This document shows, piece by piece, positions 53,705-63,617 of a DNA stretch of 64,000 nt. How positions within the stretch are numbered: the stretch's first letter is position 1; the number at the start of each line of letters is the position of its first letter. The notes below the pieces were generated by a model. It made no database searches, was not told the origin of the DNA, and was given only the letters and a program-made list of their open reading frames with translations. The stretch comes from Clostridia bacterium (GTDB lineage: Bacteria; Bacillota; Clostridia; Oscillospirales; CAG-272), in NCBI GenBank assembly GCA_017504785.1, contig JAFVQL010000010.1, positions 25,165 to 89,164 of the forward strand. Direction: 5' to 3'. The position numbers and the translations under genes were made by a program.

Positions 53705-54408
53705 CTCTCACTCTTCTTCAGTTTCTTCTCCAGCGCTCTGACACCCGCAGAGATCAGAAGCACCATGATGAGATACGTCAATGCAAGCATCAGATAAGGC
53801 ACGGTGTAATCGTACGTGGGGTCACCGAGCTGCTTGAAGGACTTATAAAGGTCGGTAACGGCAATGAAGCTGACGATCGAGGTTTCCTTGATCAAAACGA
53901 TAAACTCATTACCCAGCGTGGGAAGAATGTTCTTCACCGCCTGCGGAACGACGATCTTCAGCATAGAGGTTGAATAAGGAAGACCGACGGCTCTGCCCGC
54001 CTCCATCTGACCGGGATCGACGGAATTGATACCGCCGCGCATGATCTCGCTGACGTACGCACCGCTATTGAGACCGAACATGATAATGGCTACGGGCACA
54101 CCCGAATTTACCTGAATATCCAGCGCGGGAAGCAATACCCAATAACCGATCAAAAGCTGAACCACCATGGGCGTACCGCGGAAAAGCTCTACGTATCCGC
54201 CGCAGATCTTATCGAGCACACGAGGCAGCGTTTTATATTTGGGCATGACGCGAACGACCGCGATGAGCGTACCGATCAAAATACCGATCAAAAGGCCGAG
54301 CACCGCGATCTCCACGGTAATGCCAAGGCCCTTTAAAACGTTTTCATAACCCTTTCTGGTTATGAATTGCTTGACAAATTCTTGCCACATTTCGGAAAAA
54401 CTGTTCAT
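53701..54408 (-). CDS. Amino-acid ABC transporter permease (HisM/GlnP family)
   Basis: 235 aa and polytopic. The EAA-loop is [24 protein letters not shown]. Confidence 0.92.
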   Translation of the reverse strand: MNSFSEMWQEFVKQFITRKGYENVLKGLGITVEIAVLGLLIGILIGTLIAVVRVMPKYKTLPRVLDKICGGYVELFRGTPMVVQLLIGYWVLLPALDIQVNSGVPVAIIMFGLNSGAYVSEIMRGGINSVDPGQMEAGRAVGLPYSTSMLKIVVPQAVKNILPTLGNEFIVLIKETSIVSFIAVTDLYKSFKQLGDPTYDYTVPYLMLALTYLIMVLLISAGVRALEKKLKKSER

Positions 54409-54477
54409 TTCTATAAACCAAACGAAAGGCTTAGCTCAAAGAACTAAGCCTTTAGTACCTTTTTTAAGTATTTTAAA

Positions 54478-55314
54478 TTATTCCTCTTCGGATGCTACGC
54501 AAAGAACGGTGAGAAGGTCTACAACGGTTCCGCAGGAAGCAAGAGAAGTATCAGCCGCCTTGTGAACGATCACGATAGACTCGGTGTAGTAAGGAGTGGA
54601 GAAGTTCACAACGTCAGCACGCTCTGCGGTGATGGTGATACCGGACATTGCGATATCAATACCCTGCTTACCAACGGAGCCAACAACGTTATCAAAATCC
54701 ATATCCTCGATTACGAGCTCCATACCAAGCTCCTCAGCAAGAAGAGCGGCGATCTCCATATCGATACCAAAGTACTGGTTGCCCTCCTTATATTCCCAAG
54801 GAGCGAACTCGGCGTTGGTTGCAACAACGAGCTGCTGATCCGCCTTTGCCGTATCCTTTGCCACGGGGGTAACGCCAACGAAGGAAGCCTCTTCGTTGTT
54901 CATATACTTATCCTTGATCGCCTGGATCTCAGCATCCTTTTCTGCAAGGATCGCATCAATCTGGGTCTTCAGGTTTGCCTGCGCCTTGTCAATTGCAATA
55001 CCGTAGTTCTCGCTGGAAAGTGCGATGGGGTTGATCTTGAGATCGGAGATCTCTCTGCAAAGTGCCTCACCGGTGGTCTTATCCACGATCACGTAATCCA
55101 CGTTACCGTTCTTCATATCCTTTGCCGCAAGAGCGAAGGTATCGTAGGAAACGACCTCGATGCCCTTCAGGATATCCGCATACATCTTACTGGTGGTACC
55201 CTTCTGAGCACCGATCTTGGATACAACGGTATCCTTGCCGCCGCAGGATGCGAGGGTGAATGCACAGCCGCAAAGAAGTGCCAATGCCAAAACTAAAGAA
55301 ATAATCTTTTTCAT
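54478..55314 (-). CDS. Amino-acid-binding lipoprotein (SBP_bac_3-like) with circularly permuted segment order
   Basis: ORF 54478..55365. I moved the start to ATG 55314 (MKKIISLVLALALLCGCAFTLASCGG; lipobox LASC). Residues ~161-253 match the N-terminal third of GlnH-type binding proteins. Residues ~31-138 match the central and C-terminal parts. Confidence 0.85.
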   Translation of the reverse strand: MKKIISLVLALALLCGCAFTLASCGGKDTVVSKIGAQKGTTSKMYADILKGIEVVSYDTFALAAKDMKNGNVDYVIVDKTTGEALCREISDLKINPIALSSENYGIAIDKAQANLKTQIDAILAEKDAEIQAIKDKYMNNEEASFVGVTPVAKDTAKADQQLVVATNAEFAPWEYKEGNQYFGIDMEIAALLAEELGMELVIEDMDFDNVVGSVGKQGIDIAMSGITITAERADVVNFSTPYYTESIVIVHKAADTSLASCGTVVDLLTVLCVASEEE

Positions 55315-55688
55315 TTTTTTCCTCTTTCTTCCGAAATTTTCCGGAGCTTTTTTTGTGATGTACACATTATACGCTTATTTATTCAAAAAGTCAAGTGGTT
55401 TTTGCAAAAAAATTCATCTTTGGCAAAAGTGCCACATATCCACAAAACATTTCTCGATTTTTGTGCAAAATGTTGTATTTTCAAGGTATTTCAAGCATGC
55501 CGAAGCGTTTTGAAGAAAAAAAGCGCGATTTTTCGCCGCTTTGATATGCATAAATGTTTTGCATATGCAGCATAATTAAATGAATATTTATGCATTTTTG
55601 TGTTTTTGCGTATTTTTCCTGCGCGGGAATTGATTTTCGCGCGAATATATGATAAAATAGGAAGAGAATTTTTTAGCGAGGAGAAACT

Positions 55689-57605
55689 ATGATCGCTATT
55701 TCCGCATCCTCCCTCTCCCTCTCCTTTGGAGATACGGTGATACTGAAGGACATTACCTTCGCCGCGCAGGACGGCGAGCATATCGGCATCGTTGGCACGA
55801 ACGGCGCGGGCAAGACCTCGCTCTTTCGCTTGCTTTCGGGCGAATACACGCCGGATAGCGGCACCGTTAGCCTCCAAAAGGGGCACACGCTCGGCGTTCT
55901 GGAGCAAAACGCGGATCTGACCGCGCTTCCCGGCAATATGACGATGGAGCAATATATGATCACCGCCTTTCCCGCGCTTCTCGCATTAGAGGAGCAGATC
56001 GACGCGGTGACGCACGCACTGACCGTGGCAAGCACCGAGGAGATCGAAGCACTTTCCGCAAGGCTTTCCTCGCTGAACCAGCGCTTTGCCGACGAGGGCG
56101 GCCTTGAATTCCGCTCCCGCGCACGCGGTATGCTTTTGCGCCTCGGCTTTACCGAGGCACAGCTCTCGCAAACGATCTCCACCCTCTCGGGCGGACAGTA
56201 CACACGCCTCTCCCTTGCGCGCCTGCTTGCGACCGAGCCGGACGTGCTGATGCTCGACGAGCCGACCAACCATTTGGATCTGGACGCGCTCGCATGGCTG
56301 GAAGGCTTCCTTTCCAATTATAAAAAGACCGTGCTGATCATCTCGCACGACCGATATTTTCTTGACCGCACCACCGAAAAGACCCTGCAGATCCAAGACG
56401 GCGCGGCAAAGCTCTTTCACGGCAATTATTCCAAGGCAAAGCTGCAAATGGAAGCCGAGCGCGCCGCGCTCGAAAAGCGCTACAAGGAGCAGCAAAAGGA
56501 GATCGAGCGCATCCGAAAAAATATAGAATTCCAGCGCAGATGCAACCGCGAGCACAATTTCGTGACCATCCGCTCCAAGGAAAAGCAGCTGGCGCGTATG
56601 GAGAAGATCGAAAAGCCGAAGGGACCCGAAAAGGAGATCCGCGTACGCTTCCTTTCCGAGAGCGAAAGCGCGGGGCACGTGATCGAAGCAAGATCGCTTT
56701 CCTTCTCCTACGGCGCAAAGCCCCTGATAAAGAATCTTTCCTTTTTAATAGAAAGAGGCGAGCGCGTTCTCTTCCTCGGTCCGAACGGCTCGGGAAAATC
56801 CACCTTGATGAAGCTGATCAACGGCCTCATCACGCCGCAGGGCGGCGCGGTGGAATGCGGCTACAATATCAAGATCGGCTACTACGATCAGGAAAACCGC
56901 GGGCTTTCCGAGCATAACACCGTTTTTTCCGAAATGCGGGAAAGCTACCCCTTAATGACCGATCTTGAGCTTCGCTCCGCCTTGGCACTCTTTCTTTTCG
57001 GCGCGGAGGATATGGAGAAAAGCGTCAAGGTCCTCTCGGGCGGCGAGCGCGCAAGGCTCACGCTTGCAAAGCTGATCTTAAAGAAGGTGAACCTTCTCAT
57101 TATGGACGAGCCGACCAACCATCTTGACATCGGCTCTGCCGAGGCGCTGGAAAATGCGCTTCTCGCCTTTGACGGCACGATCGTCGCCGTTTCGCACGAC
57201 CGCTATTTCATCAATCGGATCGCCACGCGCATCGTGGAGCTGGATCCAAGCACCGAGCGCGGTATGCTTGACTACCGTCTGGAGGAATACGACGATGCGT
57301 ATACGGAATACTTAAAGCTAAAGGAAAAGCGCGAGAGCCGCGAGGCCGAGCTTCGCCCCGCCGAGATCAGCTCCGGCAAGGAAGAATACGAGCAAAAGAA
57401 AAAGGAAGCCGCCAAAAAGCGCGGCGAGCAAAAGAAGCTCGAGCGCGCCAAGGAGCGCGTGGAAGCACTCGAAAAGGAGCTTGAGGCTCTGGACGAGGAG
57501 CTTTTCGGCGAGGCCGCAAGCAACTACGTGCGCGCCGCAGAGATCGACCGCCGCAAGGGAGAGATCGAGGAGGAGCTGCTTTCACTTTACGAGCTTCTCA
57601 TGTAA
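55689..57605 (+). CDS. ABC-F family ATPase (tandem ABC domains, C-terminal coiled coil)
   Basis: 638 aa. It has GTNGAGKTS / LSGGQYTRLSLARLL and GPNGSGKST / LSGGERARLTLAKL, no TM domain, and a Lys/Glu-rich tail. Confidence 0.93.
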   Translation: MIAISASSLSLSFGDTVILKDITFAAQDGEHIGIVGTNGAGKTSLFRLLSGEYTPDSGTVSLQKGHTLGVLEQNADLTALPGNMTMEQYMITAFPALLALEEQIDAVTHALTVASTEEIEALSARLSSLNQRFADEGGLEFRSRARGMLLRLGFTEAQLSQTISTLSGGQYTRLSLARLLATEPDVLMLDEPTNHLDLDALAWLEGFLSNYKKTVLIISHDRYFLDRTTEKTLQIQDGAAKLFHGNYSKAKLQMEAERAALEKRYKEQQKEIERIRKNIEFQRRCNREHNFVTIRSKEKQLARMEKIEKPKGPEKEIRVRFLSESESAGHVIEARSLSFSYGAKPLIKNLSFLIERGERVLFLGPNGSGKSTLMKLINGLITPQGGAVECGYNIKIGYYDQENRGLSEHNTVFSEMRESYPLMTDLELRSALALFLFGAEDMEKSVKVLSGGERARLTLAKLILKKVNLLIMDEPTNHLDIGSAEALENALLAFDGTIVAVSHDRYFINRIATRIVELDPSTERGMLDYRLEEYDDAYTEYLKLKEKRESREAELRPAEISSGKEEYEQKKKEAAKKRGEQKKLERAKERVEALEKELEALDEELFGEAASNYVRAAEIDRRKGEIEEELLSLYELLM

Positions 57606-57633
57606 AAAAAATTATACGGATTACCCCTGTTTT

Positions 57634-57666
57634 GCCCACCGAGCACTCCTCGGTGGGCTTTTTTTG
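57634..57666 (+). terminator. Terminator after the ABC-F gene (left boundary of the phage-like region)
   Basis: Stem GCCCACCGAG / CTCGGTGGGC followed by TTTTTTT. Confidence 0.88.
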
Positions 57667-57800
57667 TTCGCCTTGCACAAGGAAAAAGTCACCTCGCGGG
57701 TGATCTTTGGAGGGCAGGTATACTTACGGGCGAAAAAAACTTTGCTATACTAATGGCACGAGAGCGAAGGACTCTCGAATACGAAAGAAAGGAGAACTCC

Positions 57801-58136
57801 GTGAAAGCAAGAAAAAAGAGCTACGCGAAGGATCTGCCGCGCAGACTCTACACCTTCTTTATTGGCTATGACGACGAAAGGAGCGCCCCCAGCCTTCAAA
57901 AATTCGCCAGAGCCAACGGCTTTACGACCGAGGAGCTGCTCACCTTCCGAAGGCACGGCGACTTTGAGCGCGCACTCCGCGAATGCAATGAAATTCGCAG
58001 GGATTACCTGATAGACAGAGGATTGACCAAGCGGTTTGACGCATCCTTCGTCAAATACCTTCTGGACGGCGAGGCTTCCGAGCAGCAGAGCGAGGAGGAC
58101 TCCTCTCTTTCGGTGACGCTCGAGGTGCTCCCATGA
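57801..58136 (+). CDS. Terminase small subunit (putative)
   Basis: ORF 57753..58136. I prefer GTG 57801 (VKARKKSYAKDL), which has AAAGGAGAA 6 nt upstream. The HTH-like stretch is SLQKFARANGFTTEELLTF. It overlaps the terL start by 4 nt. Confidence 0.65.
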   Translation: MKARKKSYAKDLPRRLYTFFIGYDDERSAPSLQKFARANGFTTEELLTFRRHGDFERALRECNEIRRDYLIDRGLTKRFDASFVKYLLDGEASEQQSEEDSSLSVTLEVLP

Positions 58137-59497
58137 AGCTGCATCTCACGGTCACGAAAAAGCAAAAGGCCTTCATGGATGCCGATGCCACCGAGGTTCT
58201 CTTCGGCGGCGCGGCGGGCGGCGGAAAATCCTACGGCCAGCTGGTGGACGCGCTGATCGTCGCACTTCGCTATCCCGGCTCCAAGCAGCTGATCCTACGG
58301 CGCAGCTTTGCGGAGCTTGAAAAATCTCTGATCCGAACGTCACTTGCACTCTTTCCGAGAAAGATCTACCGCTTCAATCAGTCCACCCACGTCGGGCGAT
58401 TTCACAACGGCTCCTGCCTTGACTTCGGGTACTGTGCGGCGGAAAACGACGTATACCAGTATCAGAGCGCGGAATATGACGTCGTTCGCTTCGACGAGCT
58501 GACCCATTTCACCGAGGCACAGTATCTGTATCTCATCTCCCGCGTGCGCGGCGCAAACGCCTTTCCCAAGCAGATCAAATCCTCCACCAACCCGGGCGGC
58601 GTTGGGCACGGATGGGTCAAGGCGCGGTTCGTCGATCCCGCACCGCCGAGCACTCCCTTCACGGGCAGGGACGGAATGAAACGCATCTTTCTTCCCTCTC
58701 TGCTCTCGGACAACCGCTTTTTAAGCGAGGGCGATCCAAGCTACAAAGAGCGCCTGCTCGCTCTCCCCGAGCGGGAGAGAAAAGCGCTTCTGCACGGTGA
58801 CTGGAATATCTTTGACGGGCAGTATTTTTCGGAATTTTCCACGGCAAAGCACACCTGTTCCCCCTTCGAGATTCCAAATTCATGGAGAAAATGGCGCACG
58901 GTGGACTACGGACTTGACCGCCTCGCCTGCCTCTGGATCGCCGTTGACCCCGAGGGGCGCGCCTACGTTTACCGCGAATTCTGTGCTTCGGATCTGCCGA
59001 TCAAGGAGGCGGCAGACGCCATTCTTTCCCACACGCCGAAAAACGAAGAGATCTACGCTACCTTGGCGCCGCCCGATCTTTTCAGCCGCAGTCAGGAAAG
59101 CGGAAAAAGCAAGGCAAGCCTTTTCGCCTCCTACGGCGTGCCGTTCACGAAATGCTCCAACAACCGAGAGGCGGGCTGGCTCTCGGTGAAGGACCTTCTG
59201 CGCGAAAGGAACGGCAAGCCCTCTCTTTCCTTTTTCTCGCATTGCACGGAGCTGATCCGATGCCTGCCCGCCTTGCAGGTCGATAAGCGCCGCCCCAGCG
59301 ACTGCGCGACCGAGCCGCACGATATCACCCACGCCCCCGATGCCCTGCGCGGCTTCGCCGTTTCCTTTGCAAGGCCCGCGCCCATAAAGAGCACCGCGAG
59401 CGGCCGCGTGTGGAGCGCGGATATGTGGGAGGATTATTTTGCCGCGGACGAGGAAGGAAAGCAATACCTAAAACGCAAATACGGAGAACCCCTATGA
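58133..59497 (+). CDS. Terminase large subunit
   Basis: 454 aa. Walker A-like FGGAAGGGKSYG, Walker B VVRFDELTHF, and a C-terminal RNaseH-like nuclease region (VDYGL...DAL). Confidence 0.88.
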   Translation: MKLHLTVTKKQKAFMDADATEVLFGGAAGGGKSYGQLVDALIVALRYPGSKQLILRRSFAELEKSLIRTSLALFPRKIYRFNQSTHVGRFHNGSCLDFGYCAAENDVYQYQSAEYDVVRFDELTHFTEAQYLYLISRVRGANAFPKQIKSSTNPGGVGHGWVKARFVDPAPPSTPFTGRDGMKRIFLPSLLSDNRFLSEGDPSYKERLLALPERERKALLHGDWNIFDGQYFSEFSTAKHTCSPFEIPNSWRKWRTVDYGLDRLACLWIAVDPEGRAYVYREFCASDLPIKEAADAILSHTPKNEEIYATLAPPDLFSRSQESGKSKASLFASYGVPFTKCSNNREAGWLSVKDLLRERNGKPSLSFFSHCTELIRCLPALQVDKRRPSDCATEPHDITHAPDALRGFAVSFARPAPIKSTASGRVWSADMWEDYFAADEEGKQYLKRKYGEPL

Positions 59498-61263
59498 CAC
59501 AAAACGAAAACGCATCTCAGCGGCTTTCCTACTTTACATCTCTTTATGAAAAAAGCAAGAACGCCGCGCAAAGCGCGCTTGCGCTTTACGATCGGCACAT
59601 GCGCCAGTACCGCGGCAGTGCCGAGATCGACGGATCGACCGAGAAGGCCGTCACCGTCCGCAACATCACCTACGAAATGATCGAAGGCCAGGTATCCTCG
59701 CACATTCCGCCGCCCAAGGTGGACCCCACGGCTTACAGTGAAGAAAAGGTCCGCCTCGCGCAATCGGTGGAAAGACTGCTCGTCGCCGTGCGCGAAAAGC
59801 TCCCCTACGAGCAGATGAACGATCTCGACGAGCGCTTTTGCTATATCTACGGCGGAAGCGTTTGGTTCGCGGAATGGGACAGCCGCGCGGGCGTCGGCAA
59901 CAAGATCGGCGGCGTGACGCTGCATTGCCTATCCCCCAAGGACTTCATTCCCCAGCCCGGCGCACGCTCCGTGGAGGATATGGATTACTGCTTTCTTCGC
60001 TTCGACACCACGAAGGCAGAGCTGATACGCAAGTACGGCGTTAGCGAAGAATCCCTTTCTCTTGCCGAGCGAGAATACGACAGCGACGCCTACGAGGGGG
60101 ATGCCGACGAGGGCGCGACGGTGATCCTCTGCTTCTATCGCGACGAGAATGGAAGGATCGGCGAATACGCCTTTTCAGGCGAGCTTACGCTGACCGACAT
60201 TCCCGATTACTACGCGCGAAAAAGACGGATCTGCACCGCTTGCGGAGGCGAGGAGCAAAATTGCCTTTGCGAGCATCCGCGCTTCACGCTTGAAAATCAG
60301 AACGAGGAGGGCCTGCATCTGCACACTCTCCCCGACGGCAAGCAGGTATTCGCGCCCGCACGCGATGCAAAGAGCCATCTTTATATCCCCTATTACACGC
60401 CTAAGCGTTTCCCCATCGTCATCCGAAAAAACACCTCTCTTGAGGGAAGCCTTTTCGGTGCATCCGACTGCGAGGTGATCCGACCGCAGCAGCAGGCGAT
60501 CAACAAGATCGAATCCCGCATTCTGCAAAAGCTTCTGCGCGCCGGCGTTACCCCCGTCGTGCCCGAGGATGCGACCATTACGCTCAACAACTCGGTCTTC
60601 GGCCAGCTGATCAAGATGAAGCCCGGAGAAAGCGCGGCACAGTACGGCAAGGTGGATACCACGCCCGACATATCCCAGGATATTGCCGAGGCATCCCGTC
60701 TTTACGACCATGCCAAGCGCATTCTCGGTATTTCCGACGCGCTCGTCGGCATCGACAACGCAAAAAACGAATCGGGCTATGCAAGAAAGCTGCAGATCTC
60801 GCAGGCAACGGGACGGCTCGAATCCAAGCGAAAGATGAAGTATACCGCCTATGCGGAGCTGGATCGCCTGATCTTTGAGTATCACCTCGCCTTCGCGGAC
60901 GAGCCGCGAAGGATCTCTTACAGAGACGCCTACGGCCGCCTTCACAACGCGACCTTCAACCGCTACGATTTTATCGCCCCGGACGAAACGGACGGCTCGT
61001 TTTATTATGACGACGATTACCTTTTCTCCGTGGATCTGAACGGCGGCGCGGAGGCACAGCGCGAGCTTCTTTGGGAAAAGAACCTTGAAAACCTCAAAAG
61101 CGGCGCACTGGGCGATCCGACACTCGCCGTTACGCTGCTGCGCTATTGGCAATGCCAGGAGCGCGCGCATTACCCGTATGCACGAGAAAACGTGGAATAC
61201 TTCCAGAGCGCAATCAACGAGCAAACGGAGGCGAAGGCTAAAGCAGAGGAGGTGATCGTGTGA
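59494..61263 (+). CDS. Portal protein (putative)
   Basis: ORF 59410..61263. I moved the start to ATG 59494 (MTQNENASQRLSYF), which forms an ATGA overlap with the terL stop. Its size (589 aa) and position fit a portal. It contains a CxxC...CxC insertion. Confidence 0.7.
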   Translation: MTQNENASQRLSYFTSLYEKSKNAAQSALALYDRHMRQYRGSAEIDGSTEKAVTVRNITYEMIEGQVSSHIPPPKVDPTAYSEEKVRLAQSVERLLVAVREKLPYEQMNDLDERFCYIYGGSVWFAEWDSRAGVGNKIGGVTLHCLSPKDFIPQPGARSVEDMDYCFLRFDTTKAELIRKYGVSEESLSLAEREYDSDAYEGDADEGATVILCFYRDENGRIGEYAFSGELTLTDIPDYYARKRRICTACGGEEQNCLCEHPRFTLENQNEEGLHLHTLPDGKQVFAPARDAKSHLYIPYYTPKRFPIVIRKNTSLEGSLFGASDCEVIRPQQQAINKIESRILQKLLRAGVTPVVPEDATITLNNSVFGQLIKMKPGESAAQYGKVDTTPDISQDIAEASRLYDHAKRILGISDALVGIDNAKNESGYARKLQISQATGRLESKRKMKYTAYAELDRLIFEYHLAFADEPRRISYRDAYGRLHNATFNRYDFIAPDETDGSFYYDDDYLFSVDLNGGAEAQRELLWEKNLENLKSGALGDPTLAVTLLRYWQCQERAHYPYARENVEYFQSAINEQTEAKAKAEEVIV

Positions 61264-61913
61264 CAGAGGATCTCACACGCCTGAAAAAGCAGAACGCCCC
61301 CGACAGCTTCAGCGTTTGGCTTCGCAAGCAAGGCGCGGCGGCAAGTACCGCCGGCGCGGACAGCGCGGCAAGGGCTTTCGCAGCAAACACGCTCACGCAC
61401 GGCACGGGCGCGGAACGCCTTTTTGACAAGGGTTTGGAGGAAAGCGGCTACGCGCGCTACCTTTCCGATCAGGCAAAAAAGAGCTTTGAAGAGCAAAAAA
61501 AGGCTCTTGCCACCGAAAACGCCGCAAGAAAGGAAAAGGATCTTTCGGGCTACGCGAGGTATCTTACCTCGCACGAGGAAAGCCAAAAGAGCCTTACCCG
61601 CAGAGTGACCGAAAGCATCGGCAAGGGCAAGAGCTTTGATCTTGAAAACGCCTACCGCGTGGCACTCGCCGCGGGACTGACCGAGGAAAACGCGAGAGCC
61701 GCCGCCGAGATCGGCATCGGTGCGGCGAAAAAGCAGGCGACCGCACAGCTGCTTGAAATGATCCTTGAGAAAAGATTGCAGGCAAACCGCGTGAAGAAAT
61801 ATGCGCTCGAGATAGGATTTTCCGAGCAAGAGGCAGAAACCTTCGGTGCTTACGCCAAGGACATCAACGCCGTCAGCATCCCCTCTAAAATCCCCGAAAA
61901 ACTCTTCGAATAA
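61260..61913 (+). CDS. Phage head-module protein, unknown function
   Basis: 217 aa from a GTG start that overlaps the portal stop. It has an internal duplication (SGYARYLSDQ / SGYARYLTSH). Confidence 0.6.
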   Translation: MTEDLTRLKKQNAPDSFSVWLRKQGAAASTAGADSAARAFAANTLTHGTGAERLFDKGLEESGYARYLSDQAKKSFEEQKKALATENAARKEKDLSGYARYLTSHEESQKSLTRRVTESIGKGKSFDLENAYRVALAAGLTEENARAAAEIGIGAAKKQATAQLLEMILEKRLQANRVKKYALEIGFSEQEAETFGAYAKDINAVSIPSKIPEKLFE

Positions 61914-61937
61914 ATTTAAAACACGAAAGGAAATTTT

Positions 61938-62075
61938 ATGAAAAAGGAAAATTTTTCTCCCTACGCTACCAATAAGGGCGGCAAGATCGCAGCCCCCAAA
62001 AGCACCGCCAAGGACGAGCCTCGCGCCACCAAAACCACGGGTGACGACCTGCGCGTAAAAAGAAAGAAGGGCTGA
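61938..62075 (+). CDS. Small basic ORF (45 aa) in the head module
   Basis: Below the ORF-track length cut-off. ATG 61938 has GAAAGGA 7 nt upstream. The translation is MKKENFSPYATNKGGKIAAPKSTAKDEPRATKTTGDDLRVKRKKG. It ends 2 nt before the next gene. Confidence 0.4.
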   Translation: MKKENFSPYATNKGGKIAAPKSTAKDEPRATKTTGDDLRVKRKKG

Positions 62076-62077
62076 TC

Positions 62078-62536
62078 ATGGAAGATACGGTTCTTGAAGG
62101 CGCGGCGATGGAAGCGCCGCCCGCCGCCGCAGAAGCCGCGCTCGAAGAGAGCGATGCACCCGCGCTTATCCCCGAAAAGGACGCCGAGGAGAGTGAAAAG
62201 GCAGATTACGAAGCCATCGCGCGAGCGGATCTTGCGGATCTCAAGGAGCAGTTTCCCGCGCTCGGCGCGCTTGCTTCTCTGACGGAGCTTCCCGACCCCC
62301 TACGCTATGCCGAGCTGCGCGAGCTTGGACTTTCGCCCCGCGAGGCCTATCTTGCCACGGGCGGCATCCCGAGAAAAAGGAGCGACAACCGCGCCCATCT
62401 TTTCAGCTCCGTTCCGCGCACGAGCGCACGCGGCAGAGATCTTCCATCCACCGAGCAGATGGCCGAGGCGCGCCGCTTATTCTCGGATCTTAACGATACG
62501 GAAATCTACCGTTTATATAAAAAAGTCAGCAATTAA
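62078..62536 (+). CDS. Scaffolding protein (putative)
   Basis: 152 aa with an acidic, Ala/Glu-rich, helix-prone N-terminal half. It lies immediately upstream of the capsid gene. Confidence 0.55.
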   Translation: MEDTVLEGAAMEAPPAAAEAALEESDAPALIPEKDAEESEKADYEAIARADLADLKEQFPALGALASLTELPDPLRYAELRELGLSPREAYLATGGIPRKRSDNRAHLFSSVPRTSARGRDLPSTEQMAEARRLFSDLNDTEIYRLYKKVSN

Positions 62537-62555
62537 GAAAGGAAAACAAAGTTAA

Positions 62556-63611
62556 ATGTCAACTATTATTTACTCCAAGTCGGCAGGAACCAACAATGCC
62601 GCAATCGGAAAGCTGGAAACGCCCATCAAGATGGTGATCGAGCATGAAAGCGATATTTTGACCAAGAAGGGCGGCATCCGCGACTGGCTTTTCAACGTGG
62701 AAAGCAGCATGCGCTTCGGCGAGACCATCGTCGGCCAAAATGAATTCAACGTCTTTGCCGCAACGCCCGAGGGCGACGCCGCACCGCGCGATACGCTGAC
62801 CGAGACCTACCGCAAGTTCATCGAGCACATCCAGTTCATGAAGGAGTTTGTGATCACGGCAGAGATGATGGAGGATGCAAGCTACGGCGTTGCCGCCGAT
62901 GCGAAAAGACGCGCGGAGAACTTCACCCGCGCTTATTACAAGACCATGCACAAGATCTGCGAATACGCCCTTTCGATGGGCACGGCGGCAAGCGGCACCT
63001 TCGCCGGCGCGACGCTGGATCTGACCGCGCCCGACAATCTCCCCCTCTTCTCCTCGGCGCATAAGTACGGAACGGACACCGCCACCCAGTCCAACTTCTT
63101 CTACGGCGATATTTTCGCATCCGGAAGCACCACGCGCACGCCCTCGACGGCGGCCTTTGAGGCGGCACTCTCCGAGCTTTCGGTGAAGCTTCGCAACATG
63201 AAGGACGAAAACGGCGAGGCACTCGGCTATACCGCCGACACCCTCATTCTGCCCGGCAACCGTCCCGCGGCGGAAATGATCGCAAAGAAGGTATGCGGCT
63301 CGGAGGGCGCACTTGGCAACGGCTACAACGATATCAACCTTCAGTTCGGCAACTGGAACATCGTGATCCTGCCCGGCTGGCAGACCGCGGACGACCGCGT
63401 GATGATCATGTCCTCGGAGGCGAATAAGAACCTCTCGGGCAATATGTTCTTTAACCGCGTGCCCCTCTCGGTTTCCAACTGGGTGGACCACCACACCGGC
63501 AACTATCTTTGGGCAGGCCGCTGCCGCTTCGGCGTAGGCTTTGGCAGCTACAAGCACATTCTGATGGCCGTAGACTCTGCAAGCGCCGTGGAGAACGCGA
63601 CCGCGCTCTGA
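62556..63611 (+). CDS. Major capsid protein (putative)
   Basis: 351 aa. The call rests on position after the scaffold gene, on size, and on RBS GAAAGGAAAA. It is based on synteny rather than a recognised motif. Confidence 0.65.
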   Translation: MSTIIYSKSAGTNNAAIGKLETPIKMVIEHESDILTKKGGIRDWLFNVESSMRFGETIVGQNEFNVFAATPEGDAAPRDTLTETYRKFIEHIQFMKEFVITAEMMEDASYGVAADAKRRAENFTRAYYKTMHKICEYALSMGTAASGTFAGATLDLTAPDNLPLFSSAHKYGTDTATQSNFFYGDIFASGSTTRTPSTAAFEAALSELSVKLRNMKDENGEALGYTADTLILPGNRPAAEMIAKKVCGSEGALGNGYNDINLQFGNWNIVILPGWQTADDRVMIMSSEANKNLSGNMFFNRVPLSVSNWVDHHTGNYLWAGRCRFGVGFGSYKHILMAVDSASAVENATAL

Positions 63612-63617
63612 TAAAGA

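Noticed and set aside
57686-57709. Operator-like AAGTCACC-N7-GGTGATCTT upstream of terS as evidence linking it to the 26.8-kb switch
   Set aside because: Only a 7-8-nt core is shared and one arm needs an indel, which is compatible with chance. I mention it as a hint, not as evidence.
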